Positions 46,035-64,000 of a stretch of DNA of 64,000 bases are shown piece after piece; the first letter of the stretch is position 1, and each line of letters starts with the position of its first letter. The stretch is taken from contig NIVC01001335.1 of the NCBI GenBank assembly GCA_002269645.1, positions 1 to 64,000 on the forward strand, in the 5' to 3' direction. The stretch comes from Macrostomum lignano (taxonomy: Eukaryota). The notes beneath the pieces were generated by a model. It was not told where the DNA came from, did no database searches, and saw nothing but the letters and a program-made list of their open reading frames with translations. Both the position numbers and the translations under genes were made by a program.

Positions 46035-47456
46035 GATCCACTCTCATGGATTGTGAATGTGACATCCAGTGTCAGTGACAGGTGAGTGTCATGGACTGTG
46101 AATGTGGCATCCAGTGTCAGTGACAGGTGAGTGTCATGGGCTGTGAATGTGGCATCCAGTGTCAGTGACAGGTGAGTCATGGACTGTGAATGTGACATCC
46201 AGTGTCAGTGACAGGTGAGTGTCATGGACTGTGAATGTGGCATCCAGTGTCAGTGACAGGTGAGTGTCATGGGCTGTGAATGTGGCATCCAGTGTCAGTG
46301 ACAGGTGAGTCATGGACTGTGAATGTGACATCCAGTGTCAGTGACAGGTGAGTGTCATGGGCTGTGAATGTGGCATCCAGTGTCAGTGACAGGTGATTGT
46401 CATGGGCTGTGAATGTGGCATCCAGTGTCAGTGACAGGTGAGTGTCATGGACTGTGAATGTGACATCCAGTGTCAGTGACAGGTGAGTGTCATGGGCTGT
46501 GAATGTGGCATCCAGTGTCAGTGACAGGTGAGTGTCATGGGCTGTGAATGTGGCATCCAGTGTCAGTGACAGGTGAGTGTCATGGACTGTGAATGTGGCA
46601 CCCAGTGCAGTGACAGGTGAGTGTCATGGACTGTGAATGTGGCACCCAGTGCAGTGACAGGTGAGTGTCATGGACTGTGAATGTGACATCCAGTGTCAGT
46701 GACAGGTGAGTGTCATGGACTGTGAATGTGGCATCCAGTGCAGTGACAGGTGAGTGTCATGGACTGTGAATGTGACATCCAGTGTCAGTGACAGGTGAGT
46801 GTCATGGACTGTGAATGTGGCACCCAGTGCAGTGACAGGTGAGTGTCATGGACTGTGAATGTGACATCCAGTGTCAGTGACAGGTGAGTGTCATGGACTG
46901 TGAATGTGACATCCAGTGTCAGTGACAGGTGAGTGTCATGGACTGTGAATGTGACATCCAGTGTCAGTGACAGGTGAGTGTCATGGACTGTGAATGTGAC
47001 ATCCAGTGTCAGTGACAGGTGAGTGTCATGGGCTGTGAATGTGGCATCCAGTGTCAGTGACAGGTGAGTGTCATGGGCTGTGAATGTGGCATCCAGTGTC
47101 AGTGACAGGTGAGTGTCATGGACTGTGAATGTGGCTGTGCAGTGACAGGTGAGTGTCATGGACTGTGAATGTGGCACCAGTGCAGTGACAGGTGAGTGTC
47201 ATGGACTGTGAATGTGGCACCCAGTGCAGTGACAGGTGAGTGTCATGGACTGTGAATGTGACATCCAGTGTCAGTGACAGGTGAGTGTCATGGGCTGTGA
47301 ATGTGACATCCAGTGTCAGTGACAGGTGAGTCATGGACTGTGAATGTGACATCCAGCGTCAGTGACAGGTGAGTGTCATGGATTGTGAATGTGACATCCA
47401 GTGTCAGTGACAGGTGAGTGTCATGGACTGTGAATGTGACATCCAGTGTCATGGAC
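46035..47456. repeat. Minisatellite of about 45 bp, about 31 copies (gtgtcatggactgtgaatgtgacatccagtgtcagtgacaggtga)
   Basis: Directly visible. Confidence 0.97.
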
Positions 47457-48010
47457 TGTGGTGGCCATAAACTATTCTCAAGGTGCTACTCCATTTTGCG
47501 CGGGTAAAAGCTGTTTAAATTCCTTTCACTTGTTGCGTGCTGTCGTCACCTCCCTTCTTCTGGCTCTTGCCGCCGCCCCCCGCAGAGCAGGAGCCTCACC
47601 TGTTGCCCATTTCTCTCCGCTGATTAATGTGACTCCTTTTCTCGCGTGTGAGCTGAGCAGGCGAGAGGATCTGAGATTTTCCGAGCTCTGTTAGCCAGGG
47701 AATAATTGCTTCTTGTGGCGCAGCCGCAATTGCAATTTGGGGGGGGGGGAGTGAGCGGGCCGCCACCTTTTAGCTGGGCTCTGATCGCCTGCCCTGCAGC
47801 CTCGTGAGAGGCTCGCCATCCTGTCTTCAGCATCCATTTGGAAAAAGAAAATTAAAACCCGAGCGCACTGAAGCTGACAGCCGATCTGATACATCAACTC
47901 TCTCTACCTCTAGCTCCACCAGGACAAATCGAGTTTTAATTCAAAGCAATAATTTTATAGTGACTTCATGGCCGTCTTTAGGTCAAAGCTTTTGGGATAA
48001 GAGGGTGCGC

Positions 48011-48507
48011 TCTTATCTCCCATTCCCCCCTCTCCTTTGCAGCTCATCTCCCATTCCCCCCTCTCCTTTGCAGCTTATCTCCCATTCCCCCTTCTCCTTT
48101 GCAGCTTATCTCCCATTCCCCCCTCTCCTTTGCAGCTCATCTCCCATTCCCCCCTCTCCTTTGCAGCTTATCTCCCATTCCCCCTTCTCCTTTGCAGCTT
48201 ATCTCCCATTCCCCCCTCTCCTTTGCAGCTTATCTCCCATTCCCCCTTCTCCTTTGCAGCTTATCTCCCATTCCCCCCTCTCCTTTGCAGCTTATCTCCC
48301 ATTCCCCCTCTCCTTTGCAGCTTATATCCCATTCCCCCTTCTCCTTTGCAGCTTATCTCCCATTCCCCCCTCTCCTTTGCAGCTCAGCTCCCATTCCCCC
48401 CCTCTCCTTTGCAGCTTATCTCCCATTCCCCCCTCTCCTTTGCAGCTTATCTCCCATTCCCCCCTCTCCTTTGCAGCTTATCTCCCATTCCCCCCTCTCC
48501 TTTGCAG
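48011..48507. repeat. 31-bp pyrimidine-rich minisatellite, about 16 copies (cttatctcccattcccccctctcctttgcag)
   Basis: Directly visible. Confidence 0.95.
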
Positions 48508-48529
48508 CGTCTCTAAATTCCGCAGAGAC

Positions 48530-48848
48530 CGCAACTGTCCGCAACAATCCACAGCAGTCCGCAAGAGTCCGCAACAGTCCGCAACAGTCCGCAACAGTCC
48601 GCAACTGTCCGCAACAGTCCGCAACAGTCCTCAACTGTCCGCAACAGTCCACAACAGTCCGCAACAGTCCGCAACAGTCCGCAACAGTCCGCAACGGTCC
48701 GCAACAGTCCGCAACAGTCCTCAACTGTCCGCAACAGTCCGCAACAGTCCGCAACAATCCGCAACAGTCCACAAGAGTCTGCAAGAGTCCGCAATAGTCC
48801 ACAACAGTCCGCAAGAGTCCGCAACAGTCCGCGAGAATCTGCAACAGT
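48530..48848. repeat. 10-bp minisatellite (cgcaacagtc) ending just before the GPCR start codon
   Basis: Directly visible. Confidence 0.95.
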
Positions 48849-48852
48849 TCCC

Positions 48853-55031
<6,179 letters not shown>

Positions 55032-55191
55032 CTTCTACTTGTAGTTGATTGACCTCACTCAGTCTCACCCTGAGATTGTTGTAAAATAAACTCTCTCACA
55101 CCTATATTATCTCGAATCAAATTTCTTAATCTGTGATTATTTTTTAAATCGACTACCTCATCCTTAGGTTTTATCTTAGAATCGACTATCT

Positions 55192-55556
55192 CATCCTGAG
55201 ATTATCTTGGAATCAACTGTCTCATCCTGAGATTATCTTGGAATCAACTGTCGCCTCCTGAGATTATCTTGGAATCAACTGTCGCCTCCTGAGATTGAGA
55301 TTATCTTGAAATCAACTGTCTCATCCTGAGATTATCTTGGAATCAACTGTCGCCTCCTGAGATTATCTTGGAATCAATTATCTCATCCTGAGATTATCTT
55401 GGAATCAATTATCTCATCCTGAGATTATCTTGGAGTCAACTGTCTCATCCTGAGATTATCTTGGAGTCAACTGTCTCATCCTGAGATTATCTCAGAATCA
55501 ATTATCTCATCCTGAGATTATCTTGGAGTCAACTGTCTCATCTTGAGATTATGTTG
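55192..55556. repeat. 31-bp minisatellite (tcctgagattatcttggaatcaactgtctca)
   Basis: Directly visible. Confidence 0.93.
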
Positions 55557-55860
55557 GAATTGCATCGTTTCAACTGATCATATGCACACCTAATCACACG
55601 TTGATCTCATGTTGTATTTGGCTGTTATCAACCGATTTAATATTAGGTTAAATTGAGTACCGGATATAATTTTAGTGTTGCACTTTTTCAGCCGCTTTTC
55701 CTGGTCTGAATTCGCCCTGACGCCACCAAAAAAAAATTTTAATTATATCTTGCCAGACGTGCAGGTCAACCGATAAAAAAACTGAAAATGTTTTTTCAAT
55801 TCTTTTTTACACTTTCAATGACATTGTCAGGTGTAGCACCAGATTGGCAGAATGGCACAC

Positions 55861-56006
55861 TGACTTGACTTGACTTGATTTGACTTGACTTGACTTGACT
55901 TGACTTGACTTGACTTGACTTGGCTTGACTTGATTTGACTTGGCTTGACTTGACTTGACTTGACTTGACTTGACTTGACTTGATTTGACTTGACTTGACT
56001 TGACTT
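55861..56006. repeat. (TTGAC)n pentanucleotide repeat
   Basis: Directly visible. Confidence 0.95.
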
Positions 56007-56146
56007 AGCTGCAGGGCGGTCCGAAGACGCAGCGGTAGAATGGCACACAAAATCGTGTGATTTTTTGAAGGCCGATTTCCTCGAAAAAATCTTTTTCAAC
56101 AAGGAATCAATAATTGCATTTGATGTGTGGCAGTGAAGGCTACCAT

Positions 56147-56506
56147 TCTTTTAATTTAGCATGCGCAAAACAACATGCACTGTCGTATTTTATATATTTC
56201 TCAAGTGAATTTCATTTTCATAATACTTTCTTTTTATTTTATAAGGCAAAGTTGTAAGTATTCACAAGTGAAATTTTTGTTTTATTCCTTCTTGAATCAA
56301 GTATATTTTAAGCCAAGGCCTGCATGGCTTAAGGCTTGGAGTGGCTGCATGCAACAGTTGTATTACAAATATACTAATCCATTCAAAAGAAGCAACAATC
56401 CAAAAATTTATCATTTATGAGTATTTGCAACTTTGCCTTGGGCTTATAAAATAAAAATAAAATAAAATGCAACAGAGTAACATGTTGTGCATGCTAAATT
56501 TAAAAA
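56147..56506. mobile_element. Imperfect foldback (MITE-like) element
   Basis: Outer arms aatttagcatgc..acaacatg / catgttgtgcatgctaaatt. Inner arms ttttataaggcaaagttgtaagtattca / tgagtatttgcaactttgcc..ttataaaa. No TSD established. Confidence 0.5.
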
Positions 56507-58415
56507 AATTGGTAATATTCACTGTCACAGATCAAATGCAATCATTGATTTTGTGATGAAAATATGTTTTTTCCTATCTTCGCAGTGTACTCTATCAGGA
56601 TATCGGCCTCCAGAAATTACACAATCTTTGAGTTTCATGACCTGTTTGATTTGACACTGGCGCCCCCAAGATGACGCCTCCCACGATGACGCCTCCCAAG
56701 ATGGCGCCCTCAATATGGCGCCCTCAAGACAGCGTATCCAAGTTAGCGCCCCTCGCTGTCACGCTGTCAGAGTAATTAATCATGAAAAAACTGACTAATT
56801 TACAAGCCTTCATTGCACTCTGATCTGCAATCAGTCGTATTTATTCCATTCGGTGGAAGTTCACAGAACCAGACTGCTTGGAACAATGGAAAAATCTCAC
56901 ACCATGGTCCAATAATAATACTGGCCTATATTAACAAAATTAATCAAATTTTATAAATGTTTGACCAATAAGACGTTAATAATCTATATCTCTATTGACA
57001 ATAGCTTTGGTAATACACATTTGCATTTATTCACTGCATAATGGAGTAAACTGAGAATCGTGAGTTTGCTCATAAAAAATATCACAACTGTAAAATACGT
57101 TTTCCAAAGACAGGAATTAATGTTGAGAGCGAAAAAGCGATATTAATATTTTAACTGATTGAAAAAGCGTTCAGGTCCACTGCAGCCAAGGCGACTTGGT
57201 GAGCAAAATTAGCAAAAAAATATATCGACTTTGATTAAGCAGCAAAGCGAGGATCATGCTACTGCCGGTTAGTAGTCAAGCAGGGACACGGCATGCGAAA
57301 GCATATCAGAATGGTGCCCTGGCGAGCATCTCCTTGAACTCGCAACAATTACCGAACTGTGAGCTGAGCGGGGATTTTCAGGCCATCCTCACATCGAGAA
57401 GTTGAGGCACAGCACGCCGGATGTACACGAGCGCCGCGCCTGACGTGGGGGCGCGGGGGAGGGGGAGGGTTTGTGCGGGGAGAGGCTCACAGTGTCCGTT
57501 AGTTTCACCTCCCTCTTATCGACGTGCGAGTGTACAGGACTTCTACCCCTGGCCTGGTTAGCCATAACCCGCCCACCCTACTCCGATCCTTTCCCTTTTT
57601 TAGTCTCTGATTCGCTGGCTAGTTCTACCCGCCCACTCCACTTCGATTTCTTTCTTTTCCTAGTCTGATTGGCTGGCTCACCCCTACTTCGGTGTTTCAA
57701 CATTAAAAGCTTGTAGGAAACGATTAATTTTTGTGCGTTAGTAATAACGAATTTTATTGGGAATTTTCAATTGCAATTAGAAAAAATAAGAACTTGATGA
57801 GTTTGGTTAATTAGACATTGTAGTGAACTCTCATGCACCGTTGGCATCTCATTTTCGAAAGATCTTAATAATACCTTGATAAACATATTTTGAGGGTGAA
57901 CTCTTGGTGAGAAGAATGCTTTCACATCACACTTACACCTGAGAAAACCTACGCAAAAAATCACATTTGGAGACTCAAAACAGGAACTAATGGAGTTTTT
58001 AATGAAGTGATTCCACCTGTTTCTTGACTGCTAAGAGTAATACCCGTTGCTCAAATCAACTGCATAGGAGGACGTTTTGCAAAAGTAATTTTTTGAAAGG
58101 TCATTTTTTCAAAAAGCAATAGGTTAGGTATCTCCAGTATCTCAGAGACCTCAGGTACCTCAGGTGGCTCAGGTATTCAGGTATCTTACATGTAGGTATC
58201 TCAGTTATCTCAAGTATCTTAAGCACCCCAAGAAATCCCCCCTGTATAAAATGGCTCATTTCCCTCTTCATGTCTACTGCCACGAACTCAACAAAGAAAT
58301 TCAACCAGCATCTGCCGCCATCAACTGAAAGCCAATTTATCATATCAAGCATAACATTCAAAACCGATTTTAAATTTAAAATAGCTTCATCAATAGTGTT
58401 TCCCCCCATCCAGCA

Positions 58416-59608
58416 TCACACATAGCTGGCGCTGTCTTCACCGCCCGCCGGTCCGTTCAGGTTGCCGCCGCCGCCGCCCCCGCCGCCGATGCCGCTATGG
58501 CTACTGACGGAGCCGCTGCCGCCGCCGCCGCCGCCGCCGCCTCCGCTGGGTGTTCGCTTCGGCGGCAGCGGCTGCGCCTGGATGCCTCGCGCTGGCATCG
58601 ACATCATCTGGGGCTGGAGAGGCGGGGGCGGCGGCGGCTGCTGCTGGTGCTGCTGGTGCTTGTGCCGCTGCCGACTCGAAGACCGCGGCGGCCGCTCCGG
58701 CGGCAGCAGCGCCGGCAAGTTGCAGGCGAGGTCCATCTCGTCGGTTTTCTTCGAACGATAGCGCAGCCAGATCTCCCGCACGATCTCGGCCGTGATGAGG
58801 TCGCCAGCGTTGTGGCTGATCATGCGCAGCAGGAAGATGCCGTCGTAGCGCAGGAAGCTGTTCACGAACTTTTTCGCCACCGCCTTCTCCTCCGAGTGGA
58901 TGCTGGTCATGATCTTCAGGTACTTCTTGATGAAGGAGCGCCGAGATGCGCGCATTGTGGAGGTGACGGCCCAGGACACGAAGGAGAAGGAGGTGAACAC
59001 TGCCAGGGCCCACACCCAGAACCACAGGAAGATGTACATCTTCTCGTTCAGCATGTTGTTGGGCAACACGCACTGCAGGCTGTAGGTGTTCACCACGTTC
59101 CCGACGTTCTCGAATCGAAGGTCGCACCGGGTGACCCTGGGGAACACGCCGGTCCGCTCCCAGCTGCGCCGGCGGATCAGGTCGTCCAGCAGGTTGAAGC
59201 CCCAGTAGGTGCCGTTCATTCCCAGGAAGCGCTCCATGATGATCAGCTGCAGGACCGCTACCTTGACGTACAGCAGCTTCACCAGCAGGTAGGAGCCGAC
59301 TAGCACGAAGCCGGTGCGCCTGGTCAGCACCAGGCACGGCAGCACCTGTGCGCACCGGTTTTTCACCTGTTGCCACCTGCCCCGCCTGTACGGCTGCACG
59401 TGGAACAGCAGCTTCTCCAGGTGCGCGGCCAGGAAGCCAACCAGGCGCTGCCGCTTGTCCTGCTCGACTGTGGCGGCCGACATCGAGAACCGGATAATGT
59501 CCATGATGCTGGTGCCGAACCGGTTGCTGAGGAACAGCCAGCAGATGCGGGGCAGGTAGAAGAGCACCGCCTGCAGGGCGAGCACGAACGGAATCCACTG
59601 GTAGTAGT
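58416..59608 (-). CDS. Innexin gap-junction protein, last coding exon (5' exon(s) not found in the window)
   Basis: YYQWIPFVLALQAVLFYLPRICW, FPRVTRCD and QCVLPNNMLNEKMYIFLWFW. The acceptor cccgcag (59609-59615) sits immediately before acTACTACCAGTGG, so the ORF N-terminus (59609-59699) is probably intronic. The tail is Q/P/G-rich. Confidence 0.93.
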
Positions 59609-60129
59609 CTGCGGGACGGCGCGGGGTGGGCGTTCCCCAGTCTGTCCAAGGACCGCTGAACCCCTTCCCAGTAGGCCAGTAACGCAGCTGCGTGATCATT
59701 GTGACAAAAATTCAAAATAAAATGGAATTGATTTTTTGTTTGATATTTTCAGTACTGTTGCGACAATTAACCAGCCACTAAAGCACTTTTGTTATTCTCA
59801 TAGACCTGTGGTGTCTCGATAGACCAACACAGGAAAGCCGCGAGTAATTAGGCAAGTAGAATTCAGCCAAAAAGAGAACGCTCCACTTAGGACAACCCGC
59901 GCTTATAGTTCACATCCAACCATGAATTAATAGGCGATCGATAAATTTGGTAGCAAGAAAAGGTATTAATTGTTTGCATCACATTTTCGGTGACGCCTAC
60001 TTACAGTAGAGAGTAGTAAGAAAAAAATATCCCTTTAGTTATTTAGTAAAACGGCCCTTTTAAGGGCTCCTTGCCAACGATACAACAAGACCACTAAACT
60101 ATTTGCATGCATCTCATGAACTACAAATC

Positions 60130-60450
60130 ATGGGCTAACGAGCTCTCAGGCGATTAATGGACCACCAAATTACTCTCGGGTGTTTCATGGACAACCAAAC
60201 TACTTCCAGGTGTGTAATGGACCACTAAACTATTTCCAATTGTTTCATATATCACTAAACTACTCATGTGTGTCATGGACCACTAAAGTACTCCTAGTTG
60301 TGTCATGGATAACTAAACTATGCGTTCCTGTTGTGTCATATATCACGAACCACCTTCCTCCTTAGTCACACGTGTGTAATAAACCACTAAACTGCTCTTA
60401 GTAGTGTCATGGACCACAAAACTATTTCCAGGTGTGTCATGGACCACTAG
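60130..60450. repeat. Degenerate repeat containing tgtgtcatggaccactaaacta
   Basis: Motif recurs about every 40 bp. Confidence 0.7.
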
Positions 60451-61067
60451 GCACCTTTATGAACTCATCACGGGCCGCCAAAGCAGCAATTTTGTGCAGT
60501 CAAAAAAGCACTTCCGAGTCATTAAGAGTTCTTTGATTTTTTCTTTCTTTTTTAAAGAAACTTCTACGTCATCGCGGCACGCAAAAAGCCCCCCCAATTT
60601 TCGGCGCCCAATTTCCCTGACTTCTTGGCCGCGCACCCCCCTCTCCTTGTTTCACCACTTCATCCCTGTTTTCATTCGGCTGTCTGTCTCTCTCCCTCTC
60701 CATTCCGGGCTGCTTTCACTTCACTTTTCAACCGCGCAGATTCGACACAAAAGCCCGGGGGTTCGAGAGGCTGGCAGCCCCCGTGATTCCCGGAGTCTGG
60801 CTGCCGGAGAATTTGATGAGGCGCAAGCCACCTCTCCCAGCATCTTGCTTGGTCTTCGCGCGCCGCGAAAGGTGTCGAAATGTCAGGGCTGGGGTCGGGG
60901 AGGGGGGATTTTGATGAGTGGGAAGCCGTGTGGATCCCCCCACCCCTCCGACCCCCTGGCAGTTTTGAAATTTCTCGCCTTTGAATGCTTTCAGATTTTG
61001 TCTGGGGCCGTCCGAGCATTGGCGGAGAGGCCCGGCAATATTATCGGAGTCGGATTCGAAATCAAGC

Positions 61068-61072
<5 letters not shown>

Positions 61073-61113
<41 letters not shown>
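61073..61113. repeat. (CA)n microsatellite
   Basis: Directly visible. Confidence 0.95.
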
Positions 61114-61117
<4 letters not shown>

Positions 61118-61504
61118 CCGGTCGCTCCTCAGGCAGATGTCGCCAAGGCCAAAATCAACATCCAACTGCTGCAGCGCGGGCTGGCAAGTCTGCAGCTGTT
61201 GACATTGCAATCCAGTGGTGGGCGGAGGTTATTGATTTTGTAAAGCAATATGCATATTGTGTGCATATATATTCTGTTTTAATAAATTCTGCGTCATGCC
61301 TTCTCTCCATTGCTGGGCATGACAAGTCACCAATAATCTTGGCGAGTTCCCAAGTTTGAGCTTTGCTCTGGACTGAGGATGCTCAAAATCCAAGCTCTGT
61401 GCATCTTGTTTGGTGTGCGTTTGACATTTGCTTGCGTTTTGTCTGCTTTTGTTTTGCTTTTGCATTCTTCGTTGCTTGTTTCTCGGTGTTTTAACCTCTC
61501 TTCA

Positions 61505-61765
61505 TGTCCTCTCTTCTCTCCCTCCCCTACTCCCTTCTCCTTCCCCTCCTCTCTTCTCTCTCCCCTCCTCTCCTTTCTTCTCTCCCTCCCCTCCTCTCTT
61601 CTCCCTCCCCTCCTCTCTTCTCCCTCCCCTCCTCTCTTCTCCCTCCCCTCCTCTCTTCTCCCTCCCCTCCTCTCTCTTCTCCCTCCCCTCCTCTCTCTTC
61701 TCCCTCCCCTCCTCTCTTCTCCCTCCCCTCCTCTCTTCTCTCTCCCTCCTCTCTTTTCTCCTTCT
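61505..61765. repeat. CT-rich minisatellite (ctcctctcttctccctccc)
   Basis: Directly visible. Confidence 0.9.
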
Positions 61766-62464
61766 TCCCTTCGTTTACTTCCCGTCTTTTTACGACTTAT
61801 CCTTCTTAAGTATTCTTGTCCTTTTTTCTCTTGTCTGTTCTCTTCTCAACTGTCATAGTTTTCTGTTGCAACAAGAGTTTTATGGCAATCATATTTCCAT
61901 CTTTTATTTGTGAACTTTATTTATTTGTATTCCGATAATTCTATAACTTAACTAGAATTTCGAGTTTCTTCCATTGATAAATCCCCAGGATATTGAACAG
62001 TTTCTCATCTGCATCTGCTGTCGTTAGCCGAGGCCTTCATGCGCCAATGCAGCGCGCTTGCTAGACAATTTTGTCCACACTTGGCCGCGGCGGCTGGCTG
62101 TCTGGAAACCCGGTTCCCAGACACGGCCGGGCGATCGGGGTGGGGGGGGGCTCTGAGCTGTCTCAAGCGAGCTGCAGCCTCCGCCCGGATGCAGCCGCGT
62201 CTACTCGACTGTTTTTTATGCCGAAGCTGCTCTCAGGAGAAAAACTATATGATAATTCCCCTCGTGATGGCGCAAGCGACTCGGAACTGCGCTGCTGAAA
62301 TGGCCTGAACTGGCGAGCTCGACCCGCTACTTATCCCCCCCCCCCTACTTATCCCCCTGGGTCTGCGGCGTTTTCGGCTCCGGTTTCTGCCGATTTCTGA
62401 GCTCCGCTGCTTGCTCGGTGGCTGCACGCAGGCGCTATCAGGTCTCTGTGGCTGCTGCTGCGAC

Positions 62465-62557
<93 letters not shown>

Positions 62558-62612
62558 GCGTGTCTGTCTGTCTGTGTGTCTGTTGTCTCTCTGTCTGTCT
62601 GTCTGTCTGTCT
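62465..62612. repeat. (TCTG)n microsatellite
   Basis: Directly visible. Confidence 0.95.
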
Positions 62613-63199
62613 GTAGCCACTCTGTAACAACAATTCATCTCAGCCATCCGAGTTGTTCAGCCCCATAATTACAGCACCAACGACAAGCATCAAATCCTTT
62701 TGCACCCCCAGCCTACAATCTATAATTATACACTAAGCAACTCAAATGCCTCAAAAATCCTTCCAGAGCTCTCCTTTCACACTGCTTTAACACTGTCGCC
62801 CAGACAGTTTGCGGAAGCCCTTTAGGCAGCTTCAAGCAGTCCTCAGTGCTCTCAAGGGGTGCAGGAAGGGGTGTCTGTGGTTGCTGGGGGGGGGGTCCTT
62901 AGCCTAAGCCGAGAGCTGAGCTAATGCAATTTTCTGGTACACAGCAGCGTCGAACGAGTCTCAGCAGCTCCAGCCTCCCTCCAGTGCTAATGGTGCCTCG
63001 AGGGGCTGCTGGGTTAATGCGCAGCTGGGAGAGCAGGTTTCTCAGCGCGTCAAAAGCGATTCTCGAGCCTCTCGTTCTCCATCATTCTCTCCTCGAGCTC
63101 CGGCTCCATGAATAGTCTATTTTCTATCGGCGTGATGAATGATGGGAGAAAAGGAGACCAAATATCTCTGTTTATATTGGTCTCACGGTGCCTGGGAGA

Positions 63200-64000
63200 A
63201 TAGCTCAAATATCTAGTCACTATTATCTCAAATATCTAGTCACTATTAGCCCAAATATCTAGTCACTATTAGCTCAAATATCTAGTCACTATCAGCTCAA
63301 ATATCTAGTCACTATTATCTCAAATATCTAGTCACTATTAGCTCAAATATCTAGTCACTATTAGCTCAAACATCTAGTCACTATTAGCTCAAATATCTAG
63401 TCACTATTAGCTCAAATATCTAGTCACTATTAGCTCAAACATCCTATATACTAAATCTAGTCACTATTAGCTCAAATATGTAGTCACTATTATCTCAAAT
63501 ATCTAGTCACTATTATCTCAAATATCTAGTCACTATCAGCTCAAATACCTAGTCACTATTAGATCAAATATCTAGTCACTCTCAGCTAAAATATCTAGTC
63601 ACTATTAGCTCGAATATCTAGTCACTATTAGCTCGAATATCTAGTCATTATTATCTCAAATACCTAGTCATTATCAGCTAAAATATCTAGTCACTATCAG
63701 CTCAACTATCTAGTCACTATTAGCTCGAACATCTAGTCACTATTAGCTCAAATATCTACTCACTCTCAGCTAAAATATCTACTCACTCTCAGCTCAAATA
63801 TCTACTCACTCTCAGCTCAAATATCTAGTCACTATCAGCTCAAATATCAAGTCACTTTTATCTCAAATATCTAGTCACTATTAGCTCAAATATCTAGTCA
63901 CTATCAGCTCAAATATCTACTCATTATTAGCTCAAATATCTAGTCACTATTAGGTCAAATATCTAGTCATTATTATCTCAAATACCTAGTCATTATCAGC
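63200..64000. repeat. 23-bp minisatellite (ctcaaatatctagtcactattag), runs off the window end
   Basis: Directly visible. Confidence 0.96.

Noticed and set aside
59609-59699. N-terminal part of the innexin ORF as the true protein start
   Set aside because: It lacks innexin TM1 and the first-loop cysteines, and a typical acceptor (cccgcag) lies right before YYQW.
61132-61229. Possible plus-strand exon (ADVAKAKINIQLLQRGL...)
   Set aside because: Short, with no recognisable homology and no partner exons identified.

Overview
Animal genomic DNA, probably from a free-living flatworm such as Macrostomum (inferred from GC-rich codons, dense minisatellites and (GACA)n tracts; not proven). Positions 1 to about 15 kb hold an endogenous Polinton/Maverick (adintovirus-like) element cut off by the left edge of the window. 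It carries a nearly complete gene set: PLA2-like protein, DDE integrase, pX-like protein, protein-primed PolB, adenain-type protease, GasderminX-like protein, coiled-coil protein, packaging ATPase, putative core proteins, and major and minor capsid proteins. Most of these genes are broken by 1-nt frameshifts, and the element ends in stacked tandem repeats. An AT-rich island follows (about 15.8-20.3 kb), then a hairpin-rich segment containing a diverged 28S rRNA-like 64-mer directly upstream of STUB1/CHIP. Host genes are STUB1 (2 exons), TOPORS (1 exon), CDK8 (about 5 exons), a putative GPI-anchored glycoprotein ORF, a myosuppressin/FMRFamide-like GPCR (2 coding exons) and the last exon of an innexin. 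A decayed Ty3/Gypsy element with an internal deletion lies at 38.4-41.1 kb. Nearly every intron and intergenic gap holds its own tandem-repeat family; some repeat units carry splice-site, CArG or E-box consensus motifs. All calls were made by eye and from recalled family motifs; no searches were run.
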